Shown piece after piece: positions 7,148 through 17,224 of a stretch of 50,054 nucleotides of DNA. Position numbers and translations under genes: made by a program. Every line of letters starts with the position of its first letter. Position 1 is the first letter of the stretch. The DNA is taken from the IMG/VR virus record IMGVR_UViG_3300020358_000009, positions 1-50,054 of that record; one strand, 5' to 3'. Origin of the DNA: a virus (taxonomy: Duplodnaviria > Caudoviricetes). Below the pieces are notes generated by a model. That model saw only the letters and a list, made by a program, of their open reading frames with translations, had not been told where the DNA came from and searched no databases.

Positions 7148-9372
7148 TGTATATACAAACTTTATATAAAATACTTGAAAATGTTATACCTGAAAAGGCA
7201 TTAAATTCTTACAATAAAAAGAAAGCATGGAAGTATGGATATAATAAAGAATATGACATTGTTATCATTTCAAAAGACGGCACAATTGGTGATGTATATG
7301 AAATACAAAAACTAAGAATAGCTTTACCAAAAGTAAAGGACGTTCATAGTTTTAAAAATAATTATTGGGATAAGTTAGAATATCCTAAAGAATTAAGTAA
7401 AATAAAAAATGTGTTTGATTGGGATAAATATCCTGATTCTTTTAAAGAAAAATGGTATGACTATATTGACAAAGAATTTGAAAGACGTGAAGAAGGTTTT
7501 TGGTTTAATAACAAAGGTGTTTCTACTTATATTACTGGTTCTCACTACATGTACTTGTGCTGGACCAAGATTGATGTTGGGCAGCCAAACTTTAGGGAAT
7601 CAAATAGATTATTCTACATATTCTGGGAAGCATGTAAAGCAGACATTCGTTCATACGGAATGTGCTATCTTAAAAACAGGCGTTCAGGCTTTTCGTTCAT
7701 GTCCTCATCAGAGCTGGTGCATGCAGCAACCACCTCACGTGACTCACGTTTTGGCATATTGTCAAAAACAGGGTCGGATGCTAAGAAGATGTTCACTGAT
7801 AAAGTCGTTCCCATATCACTTAACTATCCCTTCTTCTTCAAGCCCATCCAAGACGGTATGGACAGGCCGAAGACCGAGCTTGCCTATAGAGTACCTGCCT
7901 CCAAACTTACCAGAAAAAAACTTGATGCAAATCAGGCCGTTGAGGAACTCGAAGGTCTTGATACAACCATCGATTGGAAAAACACAGGGGACAACTCCTA
8001 CGATGGGGAAAAATTAAAAATACTTGCTCATGATGAAAGCGGCAAGTGGGAAAGACCTGACAACATACTAAATAATTGGAGAGTTACAAAAACTTGCTTA
8101 AGATTAGGTTCTAGAATTATTGGAAAATGTATGATGGGAAGTACATCTAATTCAATAGAAAAAGGTGGTGGTAACTTTAAAAAGTTATATGCAGATTCTA
8201 ATGTAGTAAAACGAAACAAGAATGGTCAAACTAAAAGCGGATTATATTCACTTTTCATCCCTATGGAATGGAATTATGAAGGGTTTATAGATGTTTATGG
8301 ATACCCTGTATTTGATGAGCCAAAAGAAGATTTAGAAGGGCCATTTGGAGATGTTATAGATGAAGGTGTTATTAATCATTGGAATAATGAAGTAGAAGGT
8401 TTAAAGTCTGATCCTGATGGATTAAACGAATATTATAGACAATTCCCTAGAACAGAGTCTCATGCATTTAGAGATGAAAGCAAACAATCATTATTTAATT
8501 TACAGAAAATTTATCAACAGATAGATTATAACGATTCTTTAATAAAAGATAGGTTTGTAACACGAGGTTCTTTTAGTTGGAAAAATGGCGTTCAAGATAC
8601 AGAAGTTATTTTTTCACCAAATGATAGAGGAAGATTCTATGTTTCTTGGACTCCTAACAAACAATTACAAAACAAATACTATTATAAAAACGGAGTTAAG
8701 TATCCAAGCAATGACCACATGGGAGCGTTTGGTTGTGATAGCTACGATATATCAGGAACAGTAGGTGGTGGAGGTTCTAACGGAGCTTTGCATGGAATGA
8801 CTAAGTTTCATATGGATGAAGGCCCAACTAGTGAGTTTTTTTTAGAATACATTGCTAGACCTCAAACTGCAGAAATATTTTTTGAAGATGTACTTATGGC
8901 TTGTGTGTTTTATGGAATGCCAATTTTAATAGAAAACAATAAACCTCGTTTATTGTATCATTTTAAAAATAGAGGATATAGAGGTTATAGTATGAATAGA
9001 CCTGATAAAATTTACACTAAATTATCAAAAACAGAAAAAGAATTAGGAGGAATACCTAACAGTTCAGAAGATATAAAACAAGCACACGCAGCAGCTATAG
9101 AGTCGTATATAGAAAAGCACGTAGGGTTTGATATGTCAGGTACATTTAGAGAGTTAGATGTAATAGGTTCTATGTATTTTATTAGAACATTAGAAGACTG
9201 GGCAAGGTTTAATATTAACAACAGAACTAAGTTTGATGCGTCAATAAGTTCAGGTTTAGCTATAATGGCTACACAAAAAAACCTTTATCAACCCATTAAA
9301 AAGAAATCAAAAATAAAACTTAACTTTGCAAGATACGACAATAAGGGAAGTTATAGCCAAATTATACAATAA
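7147..9372 (+). CDS. terL: terminase large subunit
   Basis: Walker A-like LKNRRSGFS, Walker B LAHDESGK, MGST coupling motif, nuclease FGCDSYD. Confidence 0.93.
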   Translation: MYIQTLYKILENVIPEKALNSYNKKKAWKYGYNKEYDIVIISKDGTIGDVYEIQKLRIALPKVKDVHSFKNNYWDKLEYPKELSKIKNVFDWDKYPDSFKEKWYDYIDKEFERREEGFWFNNKGVSTYITGSHYMYLCWTKIDVGQPNFRESNRLFYIFWEACKADIRSYGMCYLKNRRSGFSFMSSSELVHAATTSRDSRFGILSKTGSDAKKMFTDKVVPISLNYPFFFKPIQDGMDRPKTELAYRVPASKLTRKKLDANQAVEELEGLDTTIDWKNTGDNSYDGEKLKILAHDESGKWERPDNILNNWRVTKTCLRLGSRIIGKCMMGSTSNSIEKGGGNFKKLYADSNVVKRNKNGQTKSGLYSLFIPMEWNYEGFIDVYGYPVFDEPKEDLEGPFGDVIDEGVINHWNNEVEGLKSDPDGLNEYYRQFPRTESHAFRDESKQSLFNLQKIYQQIDYNDSLIKDRFVTRGSFSWKNGVQDTEVIFSPNDRGRFYVSWTPNKQLQNKYYYKNGVKYPSNDHMGAFGCDSYDISGTVGGGGSNGALHGMTKFHMDEGPTSEFFLEYIARPQTAEIFFEDVLMACVFYGMPILIENNKPRLLYHFKNRGYRGYSMNRPDKIYTKLSKTEKELGGIPNSSEDIKQAHAAAIESYIEKHVGFDMSGTFRELDVIGSMYFIRTLEDWARFNINNRTKFDASISSGLAIMATQKNLYQPIKKKSKIKLNFARYDNKGSYSQIIQ
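7409..8017 (+). CDS. candidate overprinted +1-frame ORF with lipoprotein-like signal (alternative start 7457)
   Basis: 202 stop-free codons, local GC rise, basic/hydrophobic/LTTC N-terminus. Confidence 0.45.
   Translation: MCLIGINILILLKKNGMTILTKNLKDVKKVFGLITKVFLLILLVLTTCTCAGPRLMLGSQTLGNQIDYSTYSGKHVKQTFVHTECAILKTGVQAFRSCPHQSWCMQQPPHVTHVLAYCQKQGRMLRRCSLIKSFPYHLTIPSSSSPSKTVWTGRRPSLPIEYLPPNLPEKNLMQIRPLRNSKVLIQPSIGKTQGTTPTMGKN
9321..9328 (+). promoter_or_regulatory. -7 box TAACTTTG for the portal gene, inside the terL 3' end
   Basis: TAnnTTTG about 45 nt upstream of the portal ATG. Confidence 0.45.
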
Positions 9373-11829
9373 ATGGAGGATGTAAAAATCACGTTAAATC
9401 CCACAGGTTTTCCTAGTCAATTTGTTTCAGACAAAGAAAAGGATTCCTTTGAGTTTGGATTACAAATAGGACAAGCTATTCAATATGAATGGTTCAGAAA
9501 AGATGGTGGACAAAGTAGATTCTACAATCAATGGGCAGATTTCCATAGATTGAGACTATATGCTCGTGGAGAGCAGTCAATACAAAAATATAAAAATGAA
9601 TTAGCAATAGACGGAGATTTAAGTTATTTAAACTTAGACTGGACTCCTGTTCCTATTATTCCAAAATTTGTAGACATTGTTGTAAATGGAATGGCAGATA
9701 GAGTATTCAAGATAAATGCCTATGCTCAAGACGGAATGTCTTTAGATAAAAGAAGTGAATACCAAGTAAATTTAGAAAAAGACATGCTAGCAAAACCTGT
9801 TATGAAGCAGGTACAACAGCAATTAGGAATAAATACATTTGCTACGTCAGAAGAAGATGTTCCTAATACATCAGAAGAATTAGCATTACATATGCAGTTG
9901 AAGTATAAGCCTTCAATTGAAATAGCAGAAGAAGAAGCAATAAATACATTACTTTCTGAAAATAGATATTACGAAATACAAAAACAGTTGTATTACGATC
10001 AAACTGTTTTGGGTGTTTCAATGTGTAAAAATACATTTCAACCTGGAGCTGGAATAAGAGTAGAGTATGTAGACCCTGCTAATGTTGTTTATAGTTATAC
10101 GGAAGATCCTCATTTTGAAGATTGTTTTTATTGGGGTGAAATTAAAACATTACCAATAACCGAATTAAAAAAGATAGATACAAGTTTGACAAGACAAGAT
10201 ATGGATGAAATATCTAAGTATAGTCAAAGCTGGTATGATTACAATAACACAGCTCAGTATTACAATAATAGTTTATTTAGTAAGGATAGTGCTACTGTTT
10301 TGTTTTTTAATTATAAAACAACACATACGTTTACTTATAAGAAAAAAATAAATTCAGCTGGAGCAGAAAAAGTAATAGAAAAAGAAGACACATTTGATCC
10401 CACTCAGGAAATGCAAGAAGAAGGAAACTTTAAAAAAGTTTCTAAGACCATAGATGTTTGGTATGAGGGTGTAATGGTAATGGGAACAAACATTTTACTT
10501 AAATGGAGAATGGCTGAAAACATGGCTAGACCACAATCTGCATCTCAAGAAGTTTATCCTGAATATATAGCTTGCGCACCTAGGATGTATAAAGGCGTTT
10601 TTGAATCATTAACAAGACGTATGATTACGTTTGCTGATTTAATTCAAATAACACATTTAAAATTACAACAAGTAATATCTAGAGTTGTACCTGATGGTGT
10701 TTTTATAGATGCAGATGGATTAAATGAAGTTGACTTAGGAACAGGTCAAGCATATAATCCAGAGGATGCATTACGAATGTTTTTTCAAACAGGTTCTGTT
10801 ATTGGTAGAAGCTATACTCAAGATGGAGATTACAATCAAGCAAAAGTACCTATTCAACAATTAAATAGTAATTCAGGACAGGGTAAAATACAAAGTTTAG
10901 TAGGTTCATATAATCATTATATGCAAATGCTAAGAGATGTAACTGGCCTAAATGAAGCAAGAGACGGCTCTACACCTGATAGTTATTCATTGGTAGGGTT
11001 ACAAAAACTTGCAGCATTAAGTAGTAACACTGCAACAAGACATATTTTAGATGCAGGTATTCAAATGAGTCAAAGACTTTGTACGGCATTATCTAGTAGA
11101 ATTGCTGATGTATTAGAGTATTCTGAATTTAAAGAAGAGTTTGTTAATCAGATTGGAAAATTTAATGTTGGGTTGCTTGAAGAAATAAGTAAGTTATACT
11201 TAAGTGACTTTGGAATATTTATAGAAATTGAGCCTGATGAAGAAGAAAGAAAAATGCTTGAACAAAATATTCAAATGGCATTACAAAGAGATTCTATAAA
11301 TCTAGAAGATGCTATTGATATTCGTGAAATAAGAAACTTAAAGTTAGCTAATCAAATACTAAAATTAAAAAGAATAGCTAAACAAGATAGAGTTCAAAAA
11401 GAAAAAGCCTCTGCAGCTCAACAGCAAGCTCAAATAAATCAGCAGTCACAGCAAATGGCAGCACAAGCAAAAATGCAACAATTTCAAATGGAAAATCAAG
11501 CAGCTATGCAGTTAGAAGAGGCAAAAACTCAATTTGCTGTTAAGAAGATGCAAGGTGAGGCTACAATAAAAGCTGAGCTTATGAATCTTGAATTCTCACT
11601 ACAGATGAAATTAAAAGGTGTGGATGTCGATATGAAAAAAATGGAGCAAGAGGGTTTGAAAAAAAGAGAAGATGAAAGAGAAACCGCCAAGTCTGCTAGG
11701 ATATCTCAAGCAAATACAGAGCAATCAAAACTTATAGAACAAAGAAAAAATAATCTACCATCAGTTAGTTTTGAATCTAATGAAGATAGTTTAGATGGAT
11801 TTGACTTAGCTGAATTTGAACCAAGATAA
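9373..11829 (+). CDS. portal protein
   Basis: Follows TerL; 818 aa; LNLDWTPVPIIPKFVDIVVNG motif and Gln-rich C-terminal coil typical of podovirus portals. Confidence 0.88.
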   Translation: MEDVKITLNPTGFPSQFVSDKEKDSFEFGLQIGQAIQYEWFRKDGGQSRFYNQWADFHRLRLYARGEQSIQKYKNELAIDGDLSYLNLDWTPVPIIPKFVDIVVNGMADRVFKINAYAQDGMSLDKRSEYQVNLEKDMLAKPVMKQVQQQLGINTFATSEEDVPNTSEELALHMQLKYKPSIEIAEEEAINTLLSENRYYEIQKQLYYDQTVLGVSMCKNTFQPGAGIRVEYVDPANVVYSYTEDPHFEDCFYWGEIKTLPITELKKIDTSLTRQDMDEISKYSQSWYDYNNTAQYYNNSLFSKDSATVLFFNYKTTHTFTYKKKINSAGAEKVIEKEDTFDPTQEMQEEGNFKKVSKTIDVWYEGVMVMGTNILLKWRMAENMARPQSASQEVYPEYIACAPRMYKGVFESLTRRMITFADLIQITHLKLQQVISRVVPDGVFIDADGLNEVDLGTGQAYNPEDALRMFFQTGSVIGRSYTQDGDYNQAKVPIQQLNSNSGQGKIQSLVGSYNHYMQMLRDVTGLNEARDGSTPDSYSLVGLQKLAALSSNTATRHILDAGIQMSQRLCTALSSRIADVLEYSEFKEEFVNQIGKFNVGLLEEISKLYLSDFGIFIEIEPDEEERKMLEQNIQMALQRDSINLEDAIDIREIRNLKLANQILKLKRIAKQDRVQKEKASAAQQQAQINQQSQQMAAQAKMQQFQMENQAAMQLEEAKTQFAVKKMQGEATIKAELMNLEFSLQMKLKGVDVDMKKMEQEGLKKREDERETAKSARISQANTEQSKLIEQRKNNLPSVSFESNEDSLDGFDLAEFEPR

Positions 11830-11856
11830 CCTTAAAAATTAATTATAATTATATAT

Positions 11857-11864
11857 TAACTTTG
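11857..11864 (+). promoter_or_regulatory. -7 box TAACTTTG
   Basis: Intergenic TAnnTTTG upstream of the scaffold/capsid genes. Confidence 0.65.
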
Positions 11865-11879
11865 TAAAAATTAAATCAA

Positions 11880-12977
11880 ATGGAAATTAAAGTAAAATCA
11901 CTAGATTCTGTGCCAGAAAAATCTACACAGGAAGTAGAAGAAACTCTACTAAAAAAACACGAAGAAGAAAATGACGATAAATCTACTGATGTTGTTGAAG
12001 AACAACCTGTAGAACAAGTAGCCGAAGATTCGGCAGTTGAAAGTCCAACTTTAAAAGACGAAGACGTTCTTTCATATATTAAAAATAGATATGATAAAGA
12101 TATATCTTCAGTTGATGATTTGTTTTCTGAAAGAGAACAGTCAGATAATTTACCTGAAGAAGTATCTAAATATTTAGATTATAAAAAAAATACAGGTCGT
12201 GGATTTGAAGATTTCGTAAAAGTAAATAAACAATACGATAATTTAGATGACGATCAAGTATTAGCAGAGTACTATTCTTTAACGGAATCAGATTTAGATA
12301 AAGAAGACATCCATTATTTAATGGAAGAAAAATTTTCTTATGATGAAGACATTGATGATGAAAAAGATATAAAGAAAAAGAACATTGCTAAAAAAAGAGA
12401 ACTTTCAAAAGCTAAAACATATCTTAATGAGTTAAAAGAAAAATACAGAATTCCTCTTGAGTCAAGTGGGAATTCTATTTCAGAAGAACAAATTAAGGAA
12501 ATTGAAGCTTACAAGAGTTATATTAAAAATTCTCAATCAGCTAACGAAATTGCACAAAAGAAGAATGAGTTTTTTGTTAAAAGAACTAATGAAGTTTTTA
12601 ATCCTGAATTCAAAGGTTTTGAGTTCGAAATAGGAGACAAAAAAGTAAAATATTCTTATGGTGATGTTAACGAGATGAAGTCTAAGCAAAGTGATTTAAA
12701 CAATCTAGTCAAAAAATATGTAGGCGATGATGGTTTAATAAATGATGCTACAGGATGGCATAGAGCGCTAAGTGCTGCTATGGATCCTCAGCGATTTGCT
12801 AGTTATTTTTATGAGCAAGGAAAAGCAGATGCGATTGGTGACGTTACTAAAAAAAGTAAAAATGTCAATATGTCAATTAGGCAAACTCCTCAATCAATTG
12901 GAGATACAGGTTTTAAAGCTAGACAAGTTTCAGATACGAGTGGCAGAGGGTTAAGAATTAAAAGTAAAAAAAAATAA
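11880..12977 (+). CDS. putative capsid scaffolding protein
   Basis: Acidic and helical; FYEQGKADA motif; lies between portal and capsid. Confidence 0.7.
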   Translation: MEIKVKSLDSVPEKSTQEVEETLLKKHEEENDDKSTDVVEEQPVEQVAEDSAVESPTLKDEDVLSYIKNRYDKDISSVDDLFSEREQSDNLPEEVSKYLDYKKNTGRGFEDFVKVNKQYDNLDDDQVLAEYYSLTESDLDKEDIHYLMEEKFSYDEDIDDEKDIKKKNIAKKRELSKAKTYLNELKEKYRIPLESSGNSISEEQIKEIEAYKSYIKNSQSANEIAQKKNEFFVKRTNEVFNPEFKGFEFEIGDKKVKYSYGDVNEMKSKQSDLNNLVKKYVGDDGLINDATGWHRALSAAMDPQRFASYFYEQGKADAIGDVTKKSKNVNMSIRQTPQSIGDTGFKARQVSDTSGRGLRIKSKKK

Positions 12978-13001
12978 GTTTAAAAATTTAAAACAAAAAT
13001 T

Positions 13002-14423
13002 ATGGCAGTAGATGCAGTACCTGGGTTTGACTTACAACCAAGTTCGGAACAGGTTTTATTACAGACAAATTATATTACTAACTTTGATTTCTTGAATCAG
13101 TATCTTCCAGATACTTATGAAAAAGAATTTGAACGTTATGGAAATAGAACAGTAGCATCATTCTTAAGAATGGTAGGCGCTGAAATGCCTTCTAACTCTG
13201 ACCTTATCAAATGGGCTGAGCAAGGAAGATTACACACTAAATATGCAGATGTAACATCAGGAGCAGCGGCAGGTTCAGGTGTAGCTACACTAACAGTTAA
13301 TGATGTATTAGTACCTGGTTCAGGTTCTATTGCAATTCGTGTTGGACAAACAATTATGCTATCTGATAGTTCAATTGGTTCAACTAATAGCAACAAAGCA
13401 ATTGTTACTGATGTAGATACAGCAAACGGAACAATTGATGTAGCTTACTACGAGTTAGCAGGTCAAGCGATGGCAGCAGCAGTAAAATGTTCTTTATTCA
13501 TTTATGGTTCTGAATTTCAAAAAGGAGCTATTGGAATGCAGGGACAATTAGAAGCTGATGACAGTATTTTCCAAAATTCACCAATCATCATAAAAGATCA
13601 CTACGCAGTAAGTGGTTCTGACATGGCGCAGATTGGATGGATTGAAGTAACAACTGAAAATGGTGCTACAGGATACTTATGGTATTTAAAATCAGAGCAT
13701 GAAACTAGACTTCGTTTTGAAGACTATTTAGAAACAGCAATGGTTGAAGCAGTACCAGCGGAAGCAGGTTCAGGTGCGGCATTAATTGTAGAAGGTGTAG
13801 CTTCAGGTGTAGGTAACAAAGGTTCAGAAGGACTTTTCTATGTTATTGAAGAGCGTGGAAATGTATGGAGTGGTGGTAACCCAACAACTCTTGCAGATTT
13901 TGATGCTATCATTCAAAGACTTGACAAACAAGGTTCTATTGAAGAAAATGTTATTTTCTTAAACAGAGAGTTTGGATTTGACATTGATGATATGTTGGCT
14001 TCTCAAAACTCTTATGGTAACCCAGGTGGAACTTCTTATGGTCTATTTGACAATGATGAAGAAATGGCACTAAACTTAGGATTCTCAGGATTCCGAAGAG
14101 GTTATGATTTCTATAAGACAGACTGGAAATATCTTAACGACCCAACAATGCGTGGTGATATAGTTGGTGGAGCTATCAATGGGGTACTAGTACCTGCAGG
14201 TTCTACAACTGTATATGACCAAGTATTAGGAAAGAATGCTAAGCGTCCTTTCTTACACGTTCGTTATAGAGCTTCAGAAACTGAAGACAGACGTTACAAA
14301 ACTTGGATTACAGGTTCTGCTGGTGGAGCAGCTACTTCTAGCTTAGATGCAATGGAAGTAAACTTCTTATCAGAAAGAGCTTTATGTACTTTAGGTGCTA
14401 ACAATTTCTTTATCTTTAAATAA
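13002..14423 (+). CDS. major capsid protein
   Basis: Position, size 473 aa, biased high-expression codons, followed by a strong terminator; W.EQGRLH motif. Confidence 0.85.
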   Translation: MAVDAVPGFDLQPSSEQVLLQTNYITNFDFLNQYLPDTYEKEFERYGNRTVASFLRMVGAEMPSNSDLIKWAEQGRLHTKYADVTSGAAAGSGVATLTVNDVLVPGSGSIAIRVGQTIMLSDSSIGSTNSNKAIVTDVDTANGTIDVAYYELAGQAMAAAVKCSLFIYGSEFQKGAIGMQGQLEADDSIFQNSPIIIKDHYAVSGSDMAQIGWIEVTTENGATGYLWYLKSEHETRLRFEDYLETAMVEAVPAEAGSGAALIVEGVASGVGNKGSEGLFYVIEERGNVWSGGNPTTLADFDAIIQRLDKQGSIEENVIFLNREFGFDIDDMLASQNSYGNPGGTSYGLFDNDEEMALNLGFSGFRRGYDFYKTDWKYLNDPTMRGDIVGGAINGVLVPAGSTTVYDQVLGKNAKRPFLHVRYRASETEDRRYKTWITGSAGGAATSSLDAMEVNFLSERALCTLGANNFFIFK

Positions 14424-14441
14424 GATATTGAATTAAACTAT

Positions 14442-14486
14442 GTAGTAGTTACCCTCGTTGAAGTTACGAGGGTAATTATTACTTTT
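14442..14486 (+). terminator. intrinsic terminator after the capsid gene
   Basis: GTAGTAGTTACCCTCGT / ACGAGGGTAATTATTAC long stem followed by TTTT. Confidence 0.75.
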
Positions 14487-14508
14487 ATTAAAATTAAATC
14501 GTAATCAA

Positions 14509-15252
14509 ATGAAAAAAAAGAAACAAGCTTTTGTAGATAAAACCTACAAGCTTACCAGAGACAAAGCTCCATTGAGCTACACTATTCCATCAAGGAATAC
14601 AAAAAGAAGTACATTATTATATTTTGACGAAGAGACCGGAACAAACAGGTCAATGCGTTATGCTAAAAATCAAAAAAGTATTTTTGAAGATGAGCAAGAC
14701 GGTAATGTAATTTTAGAGCCAATTATTTTTGAAGATGGCTTTTTAAGAGTAGAAAAACAAAACCAAATATTACAGAAATTTTTATTACATCATCCTGGCA
14801 ACGGAAAAGAATTTATCGAAGTTGATAAAGAAAGAGATGCTAGCTTAGATGTTGATTTCTTAGACGTGGCATTAGACGCTCAAGTTTTAGCTAAAGATTT
14901 AGATATTGAAATGCTAGAAACAGTTGCAAGAATTGTAGTTGGACTTAGAGTTGATAATTTAACATCAGCTGAATTAAAAAGAGATGTTAGAATGTTTGCA
15001 GGAAGATATCCTGAAGATTTTATGGAGGCTTTAAATGATCCTTTATTAAAACTTCAAAATAAATGTGCTAAGTTTTTTAGTGAAGGTTTGTTGATATTAA
15101 AGAATAAAAAGGATGTTTATTACAATTTAAAAGGAAATAAGAAAAAATTACTTACAGTTCCTTATGGTGAAGACCCTTTATTTATCCTAGCGTCATTTCT
15201 TCAAAGTGATGAAGGCTTAGAAGTATTAAGAATATTGGAAGATAAACTATAA
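14509..15252 (+). CDS. hypothetical protein, probably virion-associated
   Basis: Good ORF in the structural module. Confidence 0.75.
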   Translation: MKKKKQAFVDKTYKLTRDKAPLSYTIPSRNTKRSTLLYFDEETGTNRSMRYAKNQKSIFEDEQDGNVILEPIIFEDGFLRVEKQNQILQKFLLHHPGNGKEFIEVDKERDASLDVDFLDVALDAQVLAKDLDIEMLETVARIVVGLRVDNLTSAELKRDVRMFAGRYPEDFMEALNDPLLKLQNKCAKFFSEGLLILKNKKDVYYNLKGNKKKLLTVPYGEDPLFILASFLQSDEGLEVLRILEDKL

Positions 15253-15278
15253 CCAATACAAAAAATCTGTTTTTATAT

Positions 15279-15313
15279 AAAAGGGGCTTCAAAAAAATGA
15301 AGCTCCTTTTTTT
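15279..15313 (+). terminator. intrinsic terminator
   Basis: AAAAGGGGCTTCA / TGAAGCTCCTTTT stem plus T-tract. Confidence 0.8.
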
Positions 15314-15314
15314 G

Positions 15315-15322
15315 TATCTTTG
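15315..15322 (+). promoter_or_regulatory. -7 box TATCTTTG
   Basis: TAnnTTTG immediately after the terminator, upstream of ATG 15340. Confidence 0.6.
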
Positions 15323-15339
15323 TGAAAAGATTAATAGGT

Positions 15340-16296
15340 ATGATAAATACAGTAAGAGCTACCGTCCTTTCTATAGCAAATAAAAACAATTACGGTTATA
15401 TAACCCCTAACGATTTTAATTTATATGCAAAGCAAGCACAATTAGATATATTTGAAGATTATTTTTATCAATATAACTCACAATTAGTAAAACAAAACGC
15501 CAGGGTTTCAGGATCAGGGTATGCGGATATTGTAAAAGGATTAGAGGAAGTGGTTGATAGTTTTTCAAGTACAAAATCAGTTGTAAGTAAAGGGTTATCT
15601 AATTACGATTTGCCTGAAGACTACTATTTAATTAATAAAATTAATTATTACAATAATTTTCAAACATCAGGAAGTGCCACTAGTTTTACTACTAATAAAC
15701 TAATTGATAGTAATGCATTATTTACCACAACAGTTCAAGTTGGTAGTTTAGTAAGTAACGTTGAAAGCGGAAACACAGCTTTTGTTGTTCAAATTATTAA
15801 CAACACAGAACTTTTATTAACTCAAAATCTTTTTGGGGGAGGTGCAGGTTCATCATATTCAATAGTAGGTACAGCTTATAACTCTATAAGAGAAGTTGAA
15901 AGAGTTTCTCAAAACAAAATATTTTACTTAAACTCTAGTCCATTAACTTCGCCATCTGTAATATATCCTGCATATGTTTTAGGAGGTGCAAACGACACCA
16001 TATCTGGCAACACAATTACAATATACCCTCAAACTCTTACTATTGAAGGAACTATAATAACACAATACATTAGATATCCTAAAGATCCTAACTGGACATA
16101 TTTTAATATTATAACAGGTGGTGAACCTAGCTTTGATGAAACAGCTGCAGATTACCAAGATTTTGAATTGCCTGAATCTGATGAAACTAATATAATTAAT
16201 AAAATTTTGCAATATGCAGGAATGTCTATAAGAGAAGTAGCACTAGCGCAATTTGGAAAAGTAGAAGAGACCGAAGCAACCAAACAAGAAGGATAA
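15340..16296 (+). CDS. tail ring/adaptor protein (crAss ring-protein-like)
   Basis: MINTVR...NK.N.GYITP.DFNL.AKQAQL; YIRYPKDP.W; the track's GTG start overlaps the promoter, so ATG 15340 is preferred. Confidence 0.65.
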   Translation: MINTVRATVLSIANKNNYGYITPNDFNLYAKQAQLDIFEDYFYQYNSQLVKQNARVSGSGYADIVKGLEEVVDSFSSTKSVVSKGLSNYDLPEDYYLINKINYYNNFQTSGSATSFTTNKLIDSNALFTTTVQVGSLVSNVESGNTAFVVQIINNTELLLTQNLFGGGAGSSYSIVGTAYNSIREVERVSQNKIFYLNSSPLTSPSVIYPAYVLGGANDTISGNTITIYPQTLTIEGTIITQYIRYPKDPNWTYFNIITGGEPSFDETAADYQDFELPESDETNIINKILQYAGMSIREVALAQFGKVEETEATKQEG

Positions 16297-16299
16297 ATT

Positions 16300-17223
16300 A
16301 TGGCATATATAACAGAATATCAGTATTATGAGAATGGAGGATTAATTCCTGAAGATGAAAATTGGGGGTCATATCAGTATGTATCATTAGATGACATTGT
16401 AAATAATTTTATTTTAATGTATGTTGGAAATGATAAATTAATAAATAACGTTGAAAAATTTAATATTATATTTCATGCTAAGAGAGCAATTCAAGAGTTG
16501 AATTACGATTCAATGAAAGAAATTAAAATTTTAGAATTAGAAGTTTGTGACACGTTAAGATATGTATTGCCACACGACTATGTAAATTGGGTTAGAATAT
16601 CTTTGTATAAAAATGGTACACTATTGCCTCTTACTGAAAATATTCAAACTAATTGGAGTGATGCATATTTACAGGACAATAATTGTAGAATACTTTTTGA
16701 CCATGAAGGAAAAATATTAAAACCATCTACTTCAACTCTAGACTTACAAAGAATTACAGGTGGTAAGAAAAGCATTTACTTAAACGAACAGAGTCAGTAC
16801 AATGGGCAAGAGGGATATTTTTATAATGGGCTTTGGTATTTTGAGTATCCAGTGGGAGCTAGATATGGATTAAATACAGAAACAGCAAATGCAAATCCTA
16901 CTTTTAAAATAAATAAAAAATCAGGAGTAATAAATTTTAGTTCTGATATGGCAGGTGAGCTTTGTGTTTTAGAGTATGTATCTGATGGAATGGAAAACGG
17001 AAATGATTCTGAGATAAGTATAAATAAATTGTTTGAAGAGTTTATATATTCTTACATGAAATATGTAATACTGTCTAGTAAATATGGTGTTCAAGAGTTT
17101 ATAATAAATAGAGCTAGAAAAGAGAAATCAGCTCTTTTAAGGAACGCAAAATTAAGATTGAGCAATATACACCCAGGAAGATTATTAATGAATCTAAGGG
17201 GACAAAACAAGTGGATAAAATAA
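16300..17223 (+). CDS. tail ring/structural protein
   Basis: LPHDYVNWVRIS, LEYVSDG, RNAKLRLSN motifs; located in the tail module. Confidence 0.65.
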   Translation: MAYITEYQYYENGGLIPEDENWGSYQYVSLDDIVNNFILMYVGNDKLINNVEKFNIIFHAKRAIQELNYDSMKEIKILELEVCDTLRYVLPHDYVNWVRISLYKNGTLLPLTENIQTNWSDAYLQDNNCRILFDHEGKILKPSTSTLDLQRITGGKKSIYLNEQSQYNGQEGYFYNGLWYFEYPVGARYGLNTETANANPTFKINKKSGVINFSSDMAGELCVLEYVSDGMENGNDSEISINKLFEEFIYSYMKYVILSSKYGVQEFIINRARKEKSALLRNAKLRLSNIHPGRLLMNLRGQNKWIK

Positions 17224-17224
17224 C

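Noticed and set aside
12772-12954. Short alternate-frame ORFs (also 37642-37857 and 39013-39225)
   Set aside because: Typical Leu/Ile/Met-rich shifted-frame shadows of AT-rich genes, with no GC shift or motif, unlike 7409 and 29515
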